A stretch of DNA of 64,000 nucleotides from Gemmatimonadota bacterium (GTDB lineage: Bacteria; Gemmatimonadota; Gemmatimonadetes; Palauibacterales; Palauibacteraceae), in the NCBI GenBank assembly GCA_039584815.1, contig JBDGXC010000006.1:1549-65548 (forward strand). Direction: 5' to 3'. The notes below the pieces were generated by a model. It saw only the letters and a program-made list of their open reading frames with translations, did not search any database and had not been told where the DNA came from. Below, piece by piece: positions 53,548 to 62,478 of the stretch. The first letter of the stretch is position 1; every line of letters begins with the position of its first letter. The translations under genes and the position numbers were made by a program.

Positions 53548-54165
53548 ATGGAACGCCGACTGAAGCCCCTGGCGGCCTTCACCTTCGGCTACCTGGCCAT
53601 CGCGCTTGCGGCCGGAATCCGAAGCGGCAACAGCGAGTTCCTGTTCTACATCGGCGTGATGCTGATACTGATCGGAGTGGTATGGGCGGTCAATCGATCG
53701 GTCCGGCTGAGCACGGGCGTGCTGTGGGCGCTCAGCGTGTGGGGGCTGGCACACATGGCGGGCGGGCTGGTGGTGGTGCCTGAAGGCTGGCCGGTCGTCG
53801 GCGAGAGCCGGATCCTGTACACGCTGTGGCTGATCCCGGGACGACTGAAATACGACCACATCGTGCATGCCTACGGATTCGGAACGACCACGTGGGTGTG
53901 CTGGCAGGGGCTGAAGAGCGCCGTACAGAAGAAATCCGGCTTCGCCGTTGCGCCGACCTTCGGGCTGCTTACCCTGGCCGCCGCCGCAGGCCTGGGCTTC
54001 GGCGCCCTGAACGAAGTCGTCGAGTTCGTGGCCACCCTGACGATGCCCGAAACCAACGTGGGCGGATACGTGAACACGGGCTGGGACCTGGTCGCCAACA
54101 CCGTGGGGGCAGCAGTGGCGGTGTTGCTGATCCGGCGATTCGATCGGCGCCGTTCCCGTGCTTGA
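53548..54165 (+). CDS. DUF2238-like polytopic membrane protein
   Basis: 205 aa with 6-7 hydrophobic helices. Start at MERRLKPLAAFTFGYL (ATG 53548). Confidence 0.5.
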   Translation: MERRLKPLAAFTFGYLAIALAAGIRSGNSEFLFYIGVMLILIGVVWAVNRSVRLSTGVLWALSVWGLAHMAGGLVVVPEGWPVVGESRILYTLWLIPGRLKYDHIVHAYGFGTTTWVCWQGLKSAVQKKSGFAVAPTFGLLTLAAAAGLGFGALNEVVEFVATLTMPETNVGGYVNTGWDLVANTVGAAVAVLLIRRFDRRRSRA

Positions 54166-54318
54166 GCAGGGAGGATCTCTGGCTCTGCCGGACGGACCCG
54201 CGCCGCTGGAGCAGGCGCCTGCCGCCGTGTGGGCAGGGCACAGCGCCCGGCGAGCCACCGCAGGCGCTATGCCCGTCAATCCCGAAGGAGTGGGCCCTCA
54301 ACCCAGGCCGGGTACCAA

Positions 54319-54759
54319 CTAGTCCTTGATCGGCACCATGACGTGCACGTAGGGCGTGTCCCTCCACATCACCCACGGCCCACCACTATCGGGGTGCGTC
54401 GGCAGGCCCGTCAGCATCTCGGCATCCGGCACCACGAGCATGAGGTGCGGGCCTCCGGGCGGAAGCCATTCATTGTCTGGTGTAGCCTCTGTGGCGTATG
54501 GGTCTACATTGCTTCCGCCCTCGGAACAGCAATTGAGCATGTACCCGAAGCCGGTGTCTCTTATCGTCGGCTCGGTCTTGCCCGTGTAAGCCTCGAGCCA
54601 ATTCATCCAGGGTGCGTCAAGACACATCGGCTGCTCGCCTGGAATGCACGTCCAGCCGTTCGTGCCCTCTCTGAGCACGTTTCCCTCTCCGTCCATGATC
54701 GTCGCATCCGCCGCTATGGAAGCCGGTGCAGCGCTCTCCGCGCTCGTGATCTGCTCCAT
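54319..54759 (-). CDS. Hypothetical Cys-containing protein (possibly 5'-truncated by frameshift; see findings)
   Basis: 146-aa ORF. In frame immediately upstream of the ATG is a signal-peptide-like h-region (AAFVLTGLSIGTTTLHAQE) preceded by a stop and lacking any start codon. Confidence 0.3.
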   Translation of the reverse strand: MEQITSAESAAPASIAADATIMDGEGNVLREGTNGWTCIPGEQPMCLDAPWMNWLEAYTGKTEPTIRDTGFGYMLNCCSEGGSNVDPYATEATPDNEWLPPGGPHLMLVVPDAEMLTGLPTHPDSGGPWVMWRDTPYVHVMVPIKD

Positions 54760-54815
54760 CGCGGCACACGGATTCTCTTGCGCATGGAGCGTCGTCGTTC
54801 CGATTGACAGGCCGG

Positions 54816-55049
54816 TCAGGACGAACGCGGCACGCTACCGTCGGGATTCTGTCTTACATGGAAGCTGAGATTCCTCCAGTTTCCAGCCGAGTTGACGTAA
54901 TGACCACTCCCGGTCACGACCGCTGTCTCGCCTCCGCTGGAAGCTTGAAGGCTCAGATCCGGCCCCACTACGGCCTCCATTGCGCTGTCGTCGCAGCTCA
55001 GGACGAGCGGCAGCAGAGCGAGCAGCGGGAGGAACACGAGGCGCTTCAC
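54816..55049 (-). CDS. Small lipoprotein (78 aa)
   Basis: GTG 55049 with GGAGG 6 nt upstream. Signal peptide plus lipobox VKRLVFLPLLALLPLVLSC. Confidence 0.4.
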   Translation of the reverse strand: MKRLVFLPLLALLPLVLSCDDSAMEAVVGPDLSLQASSGGETAVVTGSGHYVNSAGNWRNLSFHVRQNPDGSVPRSS

Positions 55050-55182
55050 AGCACACCTCCTTCGCAGGATGGGCGCGTTGCCGGAAGGGGGAATACCGGC
55101 GGGACTGTACGGTACAGCTGGTACGGCAGGTGTGGCGGACCAGCGGGGGAGGCTGACGAAGTGTAATCTAGTGCCTCGTCCA

Positions 55183-55210
55183 CCGCCGTGCGAGCAGAGC
55201 GCTGGGCGGG
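55183..55210 (+). repeat. Dispersed intergenic repeat, copy 1 (core CCGCCGTGCGAGCAGAGCG)
   Basis: Same-orientation match to copies at 55801, 56602, 58213, 63191 and 63781. Confidence 0.5.
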
Positions 55211-55316
55211 ACGTCGACCTGGCTTCTGTCCGCAGGAGACAACGGCTTTCGCATGTCCGGTTGAACGGGGCAAGCGGCCGGGCAGTGGTCTGAACAGGTG
55301 AAAGAGGATCCGTAAG

Positions 55317-55793
55317 GTGATGAAACCAGTACTGATCGGAGCGGTTGCCGGTGTGGTGGGCACTCTGATGATGGACGTATTGAACGCTGTGGGCGCCCGG
55401 ACCGGAATCATCACCCGGATAGACCACCGAATGATAGGGAGAGTATCGTGCGGATGGGTGCGGGGACGTTTCCTCTATGCGCATCCGGGAGACGTGCAAA
55501 ACGTTGCCAACGAACTGATCTACGGTTACGCCGCGCACTATCTCATCGGTATCCTTCTCGCGAGTGCGTACGTGGTCGGCTGGCATCTGTTGATCGGTGG
55601 ACCCACCTCCCTGGTTTGGGCCGTCGCGTACGGCGTTGCCACGACCGTGGCGGCGTACTTCTTCCTGCTTCCTTCCATCGGGCTGGGCGTATGCGGAAGA
55701 CGCTCACCTCACGGCATCAAGCTGCCCCTTTCCAGTCTGATCAACCACCTGTTCTATGGACTGGGCATCGCCGCGGGGATCGCACTGGTTTGA
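55317..55793 (+). CDS. DUF2938-like membrane protein
   Basis: 158 aa with 4 predicted TM helices. Reasonable start (ATGATGAAA) and coding periodicity. Confidence 0.5.
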   Translation: MMKPVLIGAVAGVVGTLMMDVLNAVGARTGIITRIDHRMIGRVSCGWVRGRFLYAHPGDVQNVANELIYGYAAHYLIGILLASAYVVGWHLLIGGPTSLVWAVAYGVATTVAAYFFLLPSIGLGVCGRRSPHGIKLPLSSLINHLFYGLGIAAGIALV

Positions 55794-55800
55794 CACACCC

Positions 55801-55830
55801 GTCAGCGTGCGAGCAAAGCGGAGCGACCAG
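55801..55830 (+). repeat. Dispersed intergenic repeat, copy 2 (CAGCGTGCGAGCAAAGCGGAGCG)
   Basis: Lies 8 nt after the DUF2938 stop and shares 17 of 19 core positions with copy 5. Confidence 0.5.
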
Positions 55831-55928
55831 CCTCCCACAGCAGGCCTTCGAGCCTTGGCGAGACAAACCGGGCGCTTCCAGTACTCGCGTGGCCGGAAGG
55901 GTGCGACTCCGGCTAGGGCTGATCGTCC

Positions 55929-56528
55929 TCAGGGTCGGGTTTCGCGAGGTCTTCCCCGATCAGAGCCGCCTCCGGTCGGGGTGATCGTCCCCTTCCACGT
56001 GCTAGTACGCATGGTCTCGCTGGAGTAGGTCCTGCTCGTCTGAGTCGACTGCTCAGCTACCAGGACCACGTAGTTCTCGCCATAGGCCTTGGCGCACCTT
56101 GGACAAGTGGTGTACCAGTAATAGAGCTTCGTCGGAGGACGGCCCCGTCTCTCCAGAAGGATCGACATTTCTCTGGCCCACTTGCTTGCCTTGCTGTAAG
56201 GCCCCTCGAACGGTTTCGTAAAGAAGGTGCCGGAGATGCGCTCCATCTGTGCACCCGGAACTTCCTTTGACACGGCGATGTACACGTTGGCACCCCAGAG
56301 CGAGTCTTCGTCACTGAGCATTAGGTGGTCAGGAACCAGGGCATCTGCGGCCTCGATACGCTCCGTGTTCTTCTTCATCACGCGACCGAAGTTCAAAGGC
56401 ACGTGGAACAGACTCCGCACACGGTCTCGGACGAAGAGCTTGTCCTGCCAGATGATCTCTTGTTCGTCCCACGGTGCGGGGTCGAATCGTGGACAGCAAC
56501 CGGTTTCGCTCTTCTCATTCATTGCCAC
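55929..56528 (-). CDS. Hypothetical cysteine-rich protein (GCCPRFDPAPWD ... CPRC motifs)
   Basis: The N-terminus MNEKSETGCCPRFDPAPWDEQEI and downstream YYWYTTCPRCAKAYGENYVVL suggest a metal-binding site. The C-terminal tail is low-complexity and may be over-extended. Confidence 0.45.
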   Translation of the reverse strand: MAMNEKSETGCCPRFDPAPWDEQEIIWQDKLFVRDRVRSLFHVPLNFGRVMKKNTERIEAADALVPDHLMLSDEDSLWGANVYIAVSKEVPGAQMERISGTFFTKPFEGPYSKASKWAREMSILLERRGRPPTKLYYWYTTCPRCAKAYGENYVVLVAEQSTQTSRTYSSETMRTSTWKGTITPTGGGSDRGRPRETRP

Positions 56529-56601
56529 CGCCTCCGCATTCAGGCCCGTCTGCCTTCAGCGACAGAGCCACACCTTCCTCAATATACAGGCGCTTGGTCG
56601 C

Positions 56602-56630
56602 CCGCCGCCGCGCGAGCAAAGCGCAGCGTC
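56602..56630 (+). repeat. Dispersed intergenic repeat, copy 3 (CCGCCGCCGCGCGAGCAAAGCGCAGCG)
   Basis: Intergenic between the Cys-rich gene start and the APC permease stop. Confidence 0.5.
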
Positions 56631-56689
56631 CGCCGAGGCGCTGGCTGGGAGATTGACTGCATCCCCGCCTACGCGTCGGGCCTGTTCCT

Positions 56690-58027
56690 TCATTCCCTCA
56701 CGCGGTAACGCACCGTGATCCACCCCGAGAGCCACAGGACGCCGAGCATGGCACCCGCACCGAGGGCCAGCGCCGGCTGCGTCCATACGACGACCGCCAG
56801 GACGAGGAAGTAGAGCAACAAGGTGGCAGCTGGTAACCACGGATACAGCGGAACCTTGAGCGGTCGCGCCAACCGCGGCTGAAGCCTACGAAGCCTGAAG
56901 ATCCCGCTCAGCACTACAAGATCAACCGTGATGGCGACGGTCATCATGAAGCGGATCAAGAACTCGAAGGTGCCGCTCACCGCCAGCCCGAGAATCAATA
57001 CTGTGACGAACATCAACGCCGGCCCCGGTGTGCCTCCGGCCCCGACTCTCGTGAAGTGCGACGGCGCCAGCCCGTCCCTGGCCAGACCGAACATGACTCG
57101 CGGCATCCCCAGAAAATTGACGTTCAGAGAGCTGAGCAGGATCACCAGACTGGCTACGGTGACGAGCGTTCCGGCCGCCGCCCCGAGAATCCCTCGCAGG
57201 GCATCCGCGGCCACCAGCGAGGAACCCGCCATTTCCTGAGGAGTGAGCGCAGCCAAGTATGCGACATTGAGCAGTAGATACAATCCGGCGACGGCGGCCG
57301 CTCCCCCGACGAGGATGCGGGGAAGGTTTCGCCCGGGGTTCTTCGTCTCCTCCGCCATCTTGGCCGCATCCTCCCAGCCGTAGTAGGCAAAAGCCACGGA
57401 CTGGTATGCCAGGGCGAAGCCAAGCAGGCCCGCCAATTCGGGGTCCACCTCCATCGTGGCACCGAATCCGCGACCGTCGCCGCCAAGCACTCCGGCGGCA
57501 CAGATCGCCAGAAGGACGAACACCTTGGCGACGGTGGAGATATTCTGGAAGCCCCGCCCCGTACGGAGACCCCGAGAATGAAGGACGAAGAACCCCATCG
57601 CCACGGCGGCGGCCAGCAACGGCACCGAACCCCGTCCCAGCAGCAGAACGAGATACTCGGCGATGACCACCGCTTTGGCCGCGCCGGAGAAAGCCCGTGT
57701 GACCAGGATCTCGGACCAGCCAGCGAGGAAGCCGACTTGCGGTCCGTAGGCCTCTCGCGCGTAGACGTACTTGCCGCCCGCCTCGGGCAGTGCGGCCGCC
57801 ATTTCGGCCAGCACCAGGGTGCTCAGAGCCACGACGACGCCGCCCAGGAACCACACGCCGAGAATGGCAAGCGGGTTGCCCAGGTATGCTGCGATCAGGC
57901 CCGGTGTACGGAGAATTCCGGCCCCGATGACCATCCCGACAGTGACGGCCAGGCCGTCCCGCACCCCCAGAATCCTCTGCAGCTCTCCAGGGCGCGGCTT
58001 CGCAGTCTCCTTCGAACGTGAGCTCAT
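56690..58027 (-). CDS. APC-superfamily amino acid/polyamine permease
   Basis: 445 aa with 12 TM. LAVTVGMVIGAGILRTPG matches the APC N-terminal consensus. Confidence 0.8.
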   Translation of the reverse strand: MSSRSKETAKPRPGELQRILGVRDGLAVTVGMVIGAGILRTPGLIAAYLGNPLAILGVWFLGGVVVALSTLVLAEMAAALPEAGGKYVYAREAYGPQVGFLAGWSEILVTRAFSGAAKAVVIAEYLVLLLGRGSVPLLAAAVAMGFFVLHSRGLRTGRGFQNISTVAKVFVLLAICAAGVLGGDGRGFGATMEVDPELAGLLGFALAYQSVAFAYYGWEDAAKMAEETKNPGRNLPRILVGGAAAVAGLYLLLNVAYLAALTPQEMAGSSLVAADALRGILGAAAGTLVTVASLVILLSSLNVNFLGMPRVMFGLARDGLAPSHFTRVGAGGTPGPALMFVTVLILGLAVSGTFEFLIRFMMTVAITVDLVVLSGIFRLRRLQPRLARPLKVPLYPWLPAATLLLYFLVLAVVVWTQPALALGAGAMLGVLWLSGWITVRYRVRE

Positions 58028-58212
58028 TCAGGACCGCCCCGTCCACTCATGTATTCACACATCTCTCTGTGTTCGTATCGCACCACCAATAAGACGCGTA
58101 GCGGTGGGGCTGCTGCATACTCGTCATTGCCGAGGCGGTCGCTGCCGTCCCTCGAAGACCGGTGCCTCCGTCCGCCGGGGATCGAGGTATGGCGAACGCA
58201 ACCGAGAGAACC

Positions 58213-58237
58213 CCGCCGTGCGACCAAAGCGCAGCCC
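58213..58237 (+). repeat. Dispersed intergenic repeat, copy 4 (CCGCCGTGCGACCAAAGCGCAGC)
   Basis: Lies in the 320-bp gap upstream of the APC permease. Confidence 0.5.
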
Positions 58238-58344
58238 CCGCAGTGCCGCCGCCGGGATGCGAGCCGTGGTGAGACCCGGGCGCCGCGAGACAGCCTTTGA
58301 CTCCCCGAGCGGGAGGCCTCCGAGGGAGTCCCGGCGGTTTTACT

Positions 58345-58638
58345 CTAGGACGTCACCTTCGCGAGGGCTTTTCGTAGATCGTCGGCGTTCATGACCGGCA
58401 CAAACTCGACTGCCGCGTCGAGATTCTGGAAGAGTGGTTCCGCGATCTGTGGAATCTGTGATGGATCAGCCATATCGAAGAACATCATTCCGGCGCGCTC
58501 TCCGTGCTCGGCCAGGAAGTACGCTGCCTCTGGCTCAAGTAGCTGGAGCAATGCCTCGATCGTCTGACCGACCGAGCCGTCCATGACTGCCTGGTTGCCC
58601 GTTTCAACTGGAACCGTCCATCTCAGCATCGTGCGCAT
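58345..58638 (-). CDS. Hypothetical small protein (about 98 aa)
   Basis: MRTMLRWTVPVETGNQAVMDGSVGQTIEALLQLLEPEAAYFLAEHGERAGMMFFDMADPSQIPQIAEPLFQNLDAAVEFVPVMNADDLRKALAKVTS is an alpha/beta-like small protein. Start uncertain. Confidence 0.3.
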   Translation of the reverse strand: MRTMLRWTVPVETGNQAVMDGSVGQTIEALLQLLEPEAAYFLAEHGERAGMMFFDMADPSQIPQIAEPLFQNLDAAVEFVPVMNADDLRKALAKVTS

Positions 58639-58861
58639 TTCGGCCTCCTCCGTCGTGAACTTGCGATCGTGGCGCGGATCAGCGTTGCCATCCCAATAAC
58701 GCCAAGCGGCTGGTTCGAGGTCAAGCGAAGTGCAGAGCATCTCGCTGGCTGCGAGTTGCCGGGCGCCCTGTGCGGAAGAGAAGGCTGCTGTAAAGGCAGG
58801 GCAGTAACAGAGCTGAGTGTAATGACCGGGCCGCTGCCGGCATTCGAGCCTCGGCGAGCGA

Positions 58862-59201
58862 CTACCGCCCTCTACCAGGTTTCGCCACGACGAACCGCTG
58901 CCCTCGCGCCGTCGGGCAGGGGACCTCTGCACTCACGCCCTCCGCCGCCACCTCAGCCACGAATCCCTCACACATCTCACCATCGCGGAAATGCATCGGG
59001 AACAGCACCGGCACATCGAATTCGCGAGCAAGGTGAACGGCCCGAGACACGTGAGGCCATCTGTGGCCCGGGAGTCCGGCGACGAACGCCACGTCGATTT
59101 GGCAAGACCAGCAGCGCGTCGCCGAGGCGAACCGCCCAGCCTGCATGGCCCAGGAACCATACGGTCGCCTGGTCGCCACTTTGAGCGGACACTGCAGTCA
59201 C
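58862..59201 (-). pseudogene. Remnant of an MBL-fold metallo-hydrolase gene (N-terminal about 30 aa and C-terminal about 70 aa in different frames; middle deleted)
   Basis: Frame A has MTAVSAQSGDQATVWFLGHAGWAVRLGDALLV (MBL beta-1/beta-2). Frame B has IDVAFVAGLPGHRWPHVSRAVHLAREFDVPVLFPMHF (MBL C-terminal His motif). Only about 340 bp in total. Confidence 0.4.
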
Positions 59202-59513
59202 CGGCGGCCGGGTGCTGGAGTCTCAGATCCTCTCCAGAGAGATCCCATGTTCGGGTTCTCGTCCGGTGACACCATCTTGATGGTCACGGAATCGCCCGCG
59301 AAAGTGAGCGCCCACGTGTACACGTCAGTGGCCTCACCAGGCGTTGTCGTGAGCGTAGTCCCGGTCTGTGACCACAGCCACTCGAAGGATACGGGAGTCT
59401 CGACGTCCTGATTCCACGGCTGAATCAAGACACCTGCGACACTCACGGTTCCGTCGTTCGCGAACGTCCAACTGTCGGTGACGATCCACTCGCCCGCGGA
59501 CGTGGTGAGGCCA

Positions 59514-59858
59514 TCAGTCCTGGCTGTCGGGCCACTCGAACTCGGGCGCCAACACGGCGTTCGCGTTCGTCGTGATGCGAAGACGGAGTTCCTTCAGGGG
59601 GCGGTAGTCGGGATCGTTCACGAAGTCGTGAACGGCCTGCTCGGACGGGAACCGCAGAACCACGACACCGTCGGCGGGCTCCCCCTGGAGGGCCTCGGTC
59701 TCGAAGGCGGCCACCAGTACCTCCGCGCCATGCTTCGCCAGGAAGGGCAGAACGGCGGGAACGTACTGTTCAGAATACGCCGTTTGATCCATGACGGTCT
59801 GTGTGAGAATGAAGTAAGCGGCCATCTTTGTCTCCTCGGTGAGCGCACCTTGGGCCAT
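59514..59858 (-). CDS. DUF1330-family protein
   Basis: MAAYFILTQTVMDQTAYSEQYVPAVLPFLAKHGAEVLVAAFETEALQGEPADGVVVLRFPSEQAVHDFVNDPDYRPLKELR matches the roughly 95-aa DUF1330 pattern. Confidence 0.5.
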   Translation of the reverse strand: MAQGALTEETKMAAYFILTQTVMDQTAYSEQYVPAVLPFLAKHGAEVLVAAFETEALQGEPADGVVVLRFPSEQAVHDFVNDPDYRPLKELRLRITTNANAVLAPEFEWPDSQD

Positions 59859-60026
59859 AGTCACCCCAGAATTGCTGTTTCGGGTCTGACCGGGGAACTG
59901 GCAATGTGGCCAACAGCCAGCTGGAGGCAATGAGGGGAGACCTGCACTCTCGGCCCTGAAGATTTCCCTGATCCGCGCCGTCGGGTCGTCCATAGCGACC
60001 GGGGTCCCGAAAGATAGATTGTATGC

Positions 60027-60848
60027 ATGAATCAGGAATGGAGTTTTCGACGGGAACTTCGGCCAAAGGACGTCCCGGGTTTGGTGCGGCTCGGTAATCA
60101 GGTAGCTGACGGTGGGTATGTAGTACCCCTCTGGATCGTGGAGTCAACGGATGTCCTGCTCACGCTGGGGATGGGTCGTGAGTGGACATTCGACGAAGAC
60201 GTTGTCCGGATACGGCCAGGCGTGTCGATCGTGGGTGTAGATCACAGCGTTCATGCTGCGTCTTTTCGATCGTTGTTGCATCGATCACAGTTGAAACAGG
60301 CGGTATTTCGGTTCCTTGGCCACACGTCCAAGGCGACCAAGTACGCAGCGCGAGTCGACGTCGCCCGGCTCTATCAGCGGTTGTTCACGGCTCCCAATGT
60401 TCATATCGAGAAAGCCGTTGCTTCTCACAGCTCGACGTCGACAGTCACGATCGACGAACTGTTCACCGTCGTGAGATCGGATCGACCGCACCGCGTCTTG
60501 TTTGCCATGGATATCGAGGGTGGCGAGTACGACGTGGTCGATGACATTCTCCGATATCATTCCGCGATCAATATGATCGTGACTGAGTTTCACTACATCG
60601 GACAACGTCTTGATGAGTTCGAGAGATCGATCACAAAGATAAAGAGGTCATTTGACATCGTGCATCTGCATGGAAACAACTGTGGACCGTACAATCACGA
60701 GCTCGACATTCCTGAGGTGGTTGAGATCACCTTCGTTCATCGATCGCTTATGCCACCGGACAGTCAACACTCCGCAGATCAGCGTCCACTCCCCGGGCTG
60801 GACGTACCGAATAAGCCAGGGTCACCGGATTACGTTCTTCACATTTGA
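60027..60848 (+). CDS. FkbM-family methyltransferase
   Basis: 273 aa. VLFAMDIEGGEYDVV and TEFHY match the FkbM SAM-methyltransferase core. GC is about 53%, against about 68% for the window. Confidence 0.65.
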   Translation: MNQEWSFRRELRPKDVPGLVRLGNQVADGGYVVPLWIVESTDVLLTLGMGREWTFDEDVVRIRPGVSIVGVDHSVHAASFRSLLHRSQLKQAVFRFLGHTSKATKYAARVDVARLYQRLFTAPNVHIEKAVASHSSTSTVTIDELFTVVRSDRPHRVLFAMDIEGGEYDVVDDILRYHSAINMIVTEFHYIGQRLDEFERSITKIKRSFDIVHLHGNNCGPYNHELDIPEVVEITFVHRSLMPPDSQHSADQRPLPGLDVPNKPGSPDYVLHI

Positions 60849-60949
60849 ACTGCCAGACACGCCCGAGGCGCTTCCGGCGAGCTAGTGATGTCTGTTTGGG
60901 CTGCCGCGAAAGCGTTTCCGCGTGGAGGCCCTGTTCTCCACTCTGCACT

Positions 60950-62253
60950 CTACGGTGGCGGCTGGGCCCGATAGTTGACCGTCGGGATCGTGCGTCTGGG
61001 AAAGGCGAAACCGGAGCCGAAGACGAACGTCCACCTGCTGCCGCTGACGGTTCCACCGACGTTGTACGCGAGGTCCATCCGTCCGGTCATTGCCACCGTG
61101 CTCAGGGCCGACCCCAGGCGTAAACCGACTCCGACGCTCCCACCGCTGCGTGGCTCCTGACCTTCGTACCAGGCTCCGCCGTAGTCAGGGAAGGCCCCGA
61201 ATCCGATCCCAACCAGATTGAGGAACTTGTCTACCGCGAAGTAGCGGTGCTCGATCGATGTCCACCACATCTTGTTGCCGACGAACGAGTGAGCCACCCA
61301 GCCACGCGGTGCGTTCTCGAACCCGAGGTCGAATTCGTCCCCCGGTTTCTGGTTCCACAGCCGTCCGACCTGCACCTGCACCGCCGTGGAGTGGCGTGTA
61401 GCCGGCTTATAGCCCGCAGCCAGACTGAAGACGACACGGCCGGAGTCCCTGGCCGCGCCGCCCCACTGGTAGTCTCCGTCGATCGCTGTCCAGGCCCATC
61501 CCCGGCCGCTCAATCCGCTATGACCACTCGATGCCTGCACTCTGATCCCTAATCCCGATCCCTGCCAGCCGAATGCGTCGGGGCCAGGGTGGTCGTGAGC
61601 CGAAGCCTGGCACTGAGGTCCAGGTCTTCGGTGCCGAAGCCGTTGGACTTCCGGAGCTGCTGGAACCAGATCTTGCTGATCTCCGCCCACGCGCTCACGG
61701 TCCCGTAAACCGAATCCTCGGCCATTTCGGTGGCCTCGGGCGACTGGAAGAACGATTCGTTACGTGCATCAACCGTCGCCCCCCAGCGCAGGTGGTCGCC
61801 TGTCGAGTGGCGACTGGCGAGGGCCGCCGTAAGGTTGTTGATGAACGCATCCCTTCGGTACGTAGTCGTATCCAGGACCACTCCGTCCGGGGTGTCCTCG
61901 GCCCGATACCGCAGCACATCCTGGTCCGCTCGCGACCCATCCCATTCGTAGCTCTCAGAGCTCTCGGTATTCCTGAATGGCCTGCCGAGGACCCAGTTCG
62001 CGTTCTTCCCGTCCGACATACCGGCATAGTTGAGCAGGAGGTCGATTTCCGACCCGAACATCCGATCGAGATCCAGAGTCGTGTTCAATCCGTGCCGGTC
62101 TATCTCTTTCACGTACGCGAGGTATACCTGGTTCCCGGTTCCCAGCAGGTTGACCTCATTGATCCCCAGAGTCCCAGTCCAATCGCCGTTCGAGGCGACC
62201 GCGAGCTTGAGCTTCGGCTTGAGGGTCCACCCGTCCCGCGTGACGACTCTCAC
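60950..62253 (-). pseudogene. Frameshifted, 5'-truncated paralog of the Omp85 gene at 46467-48125
   Basis: ORFs 61549..62253 and 60950..61690 overlap in different frames. Together they align with residues about 130-552 of the intact copy (WSTKPKFKFSIASTGDWTGTFGINE versus WTLKPKLKLAVASNGDWTGTLGINE; identical C-terminus FGSGFAFPRRTIP.VNYRAQPPP). There is no signal peptide or start. Confidence 0.6.
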
Positions 62254-62478
62254 GGGTCCTGCTCAGCCTCGTCGTGCTCAATCTCGTGCGCAACTCGGCC
62301 GATGCCATGGCCGAGGTCGGCCCCTCCCGCAGCCAGGCACCGGCTCAAGGGAGGACGGCGGACCCGGGCGTCCGGCACCCGGATCGCCTGTTTCCCTCGG
62401 GATCGGGAGCGGTGGAAGCACGCGCCCGACGGGCAGCGCCGCCGACAGACTCGTGGAGGATCCACGCGGGAAGGCAAC

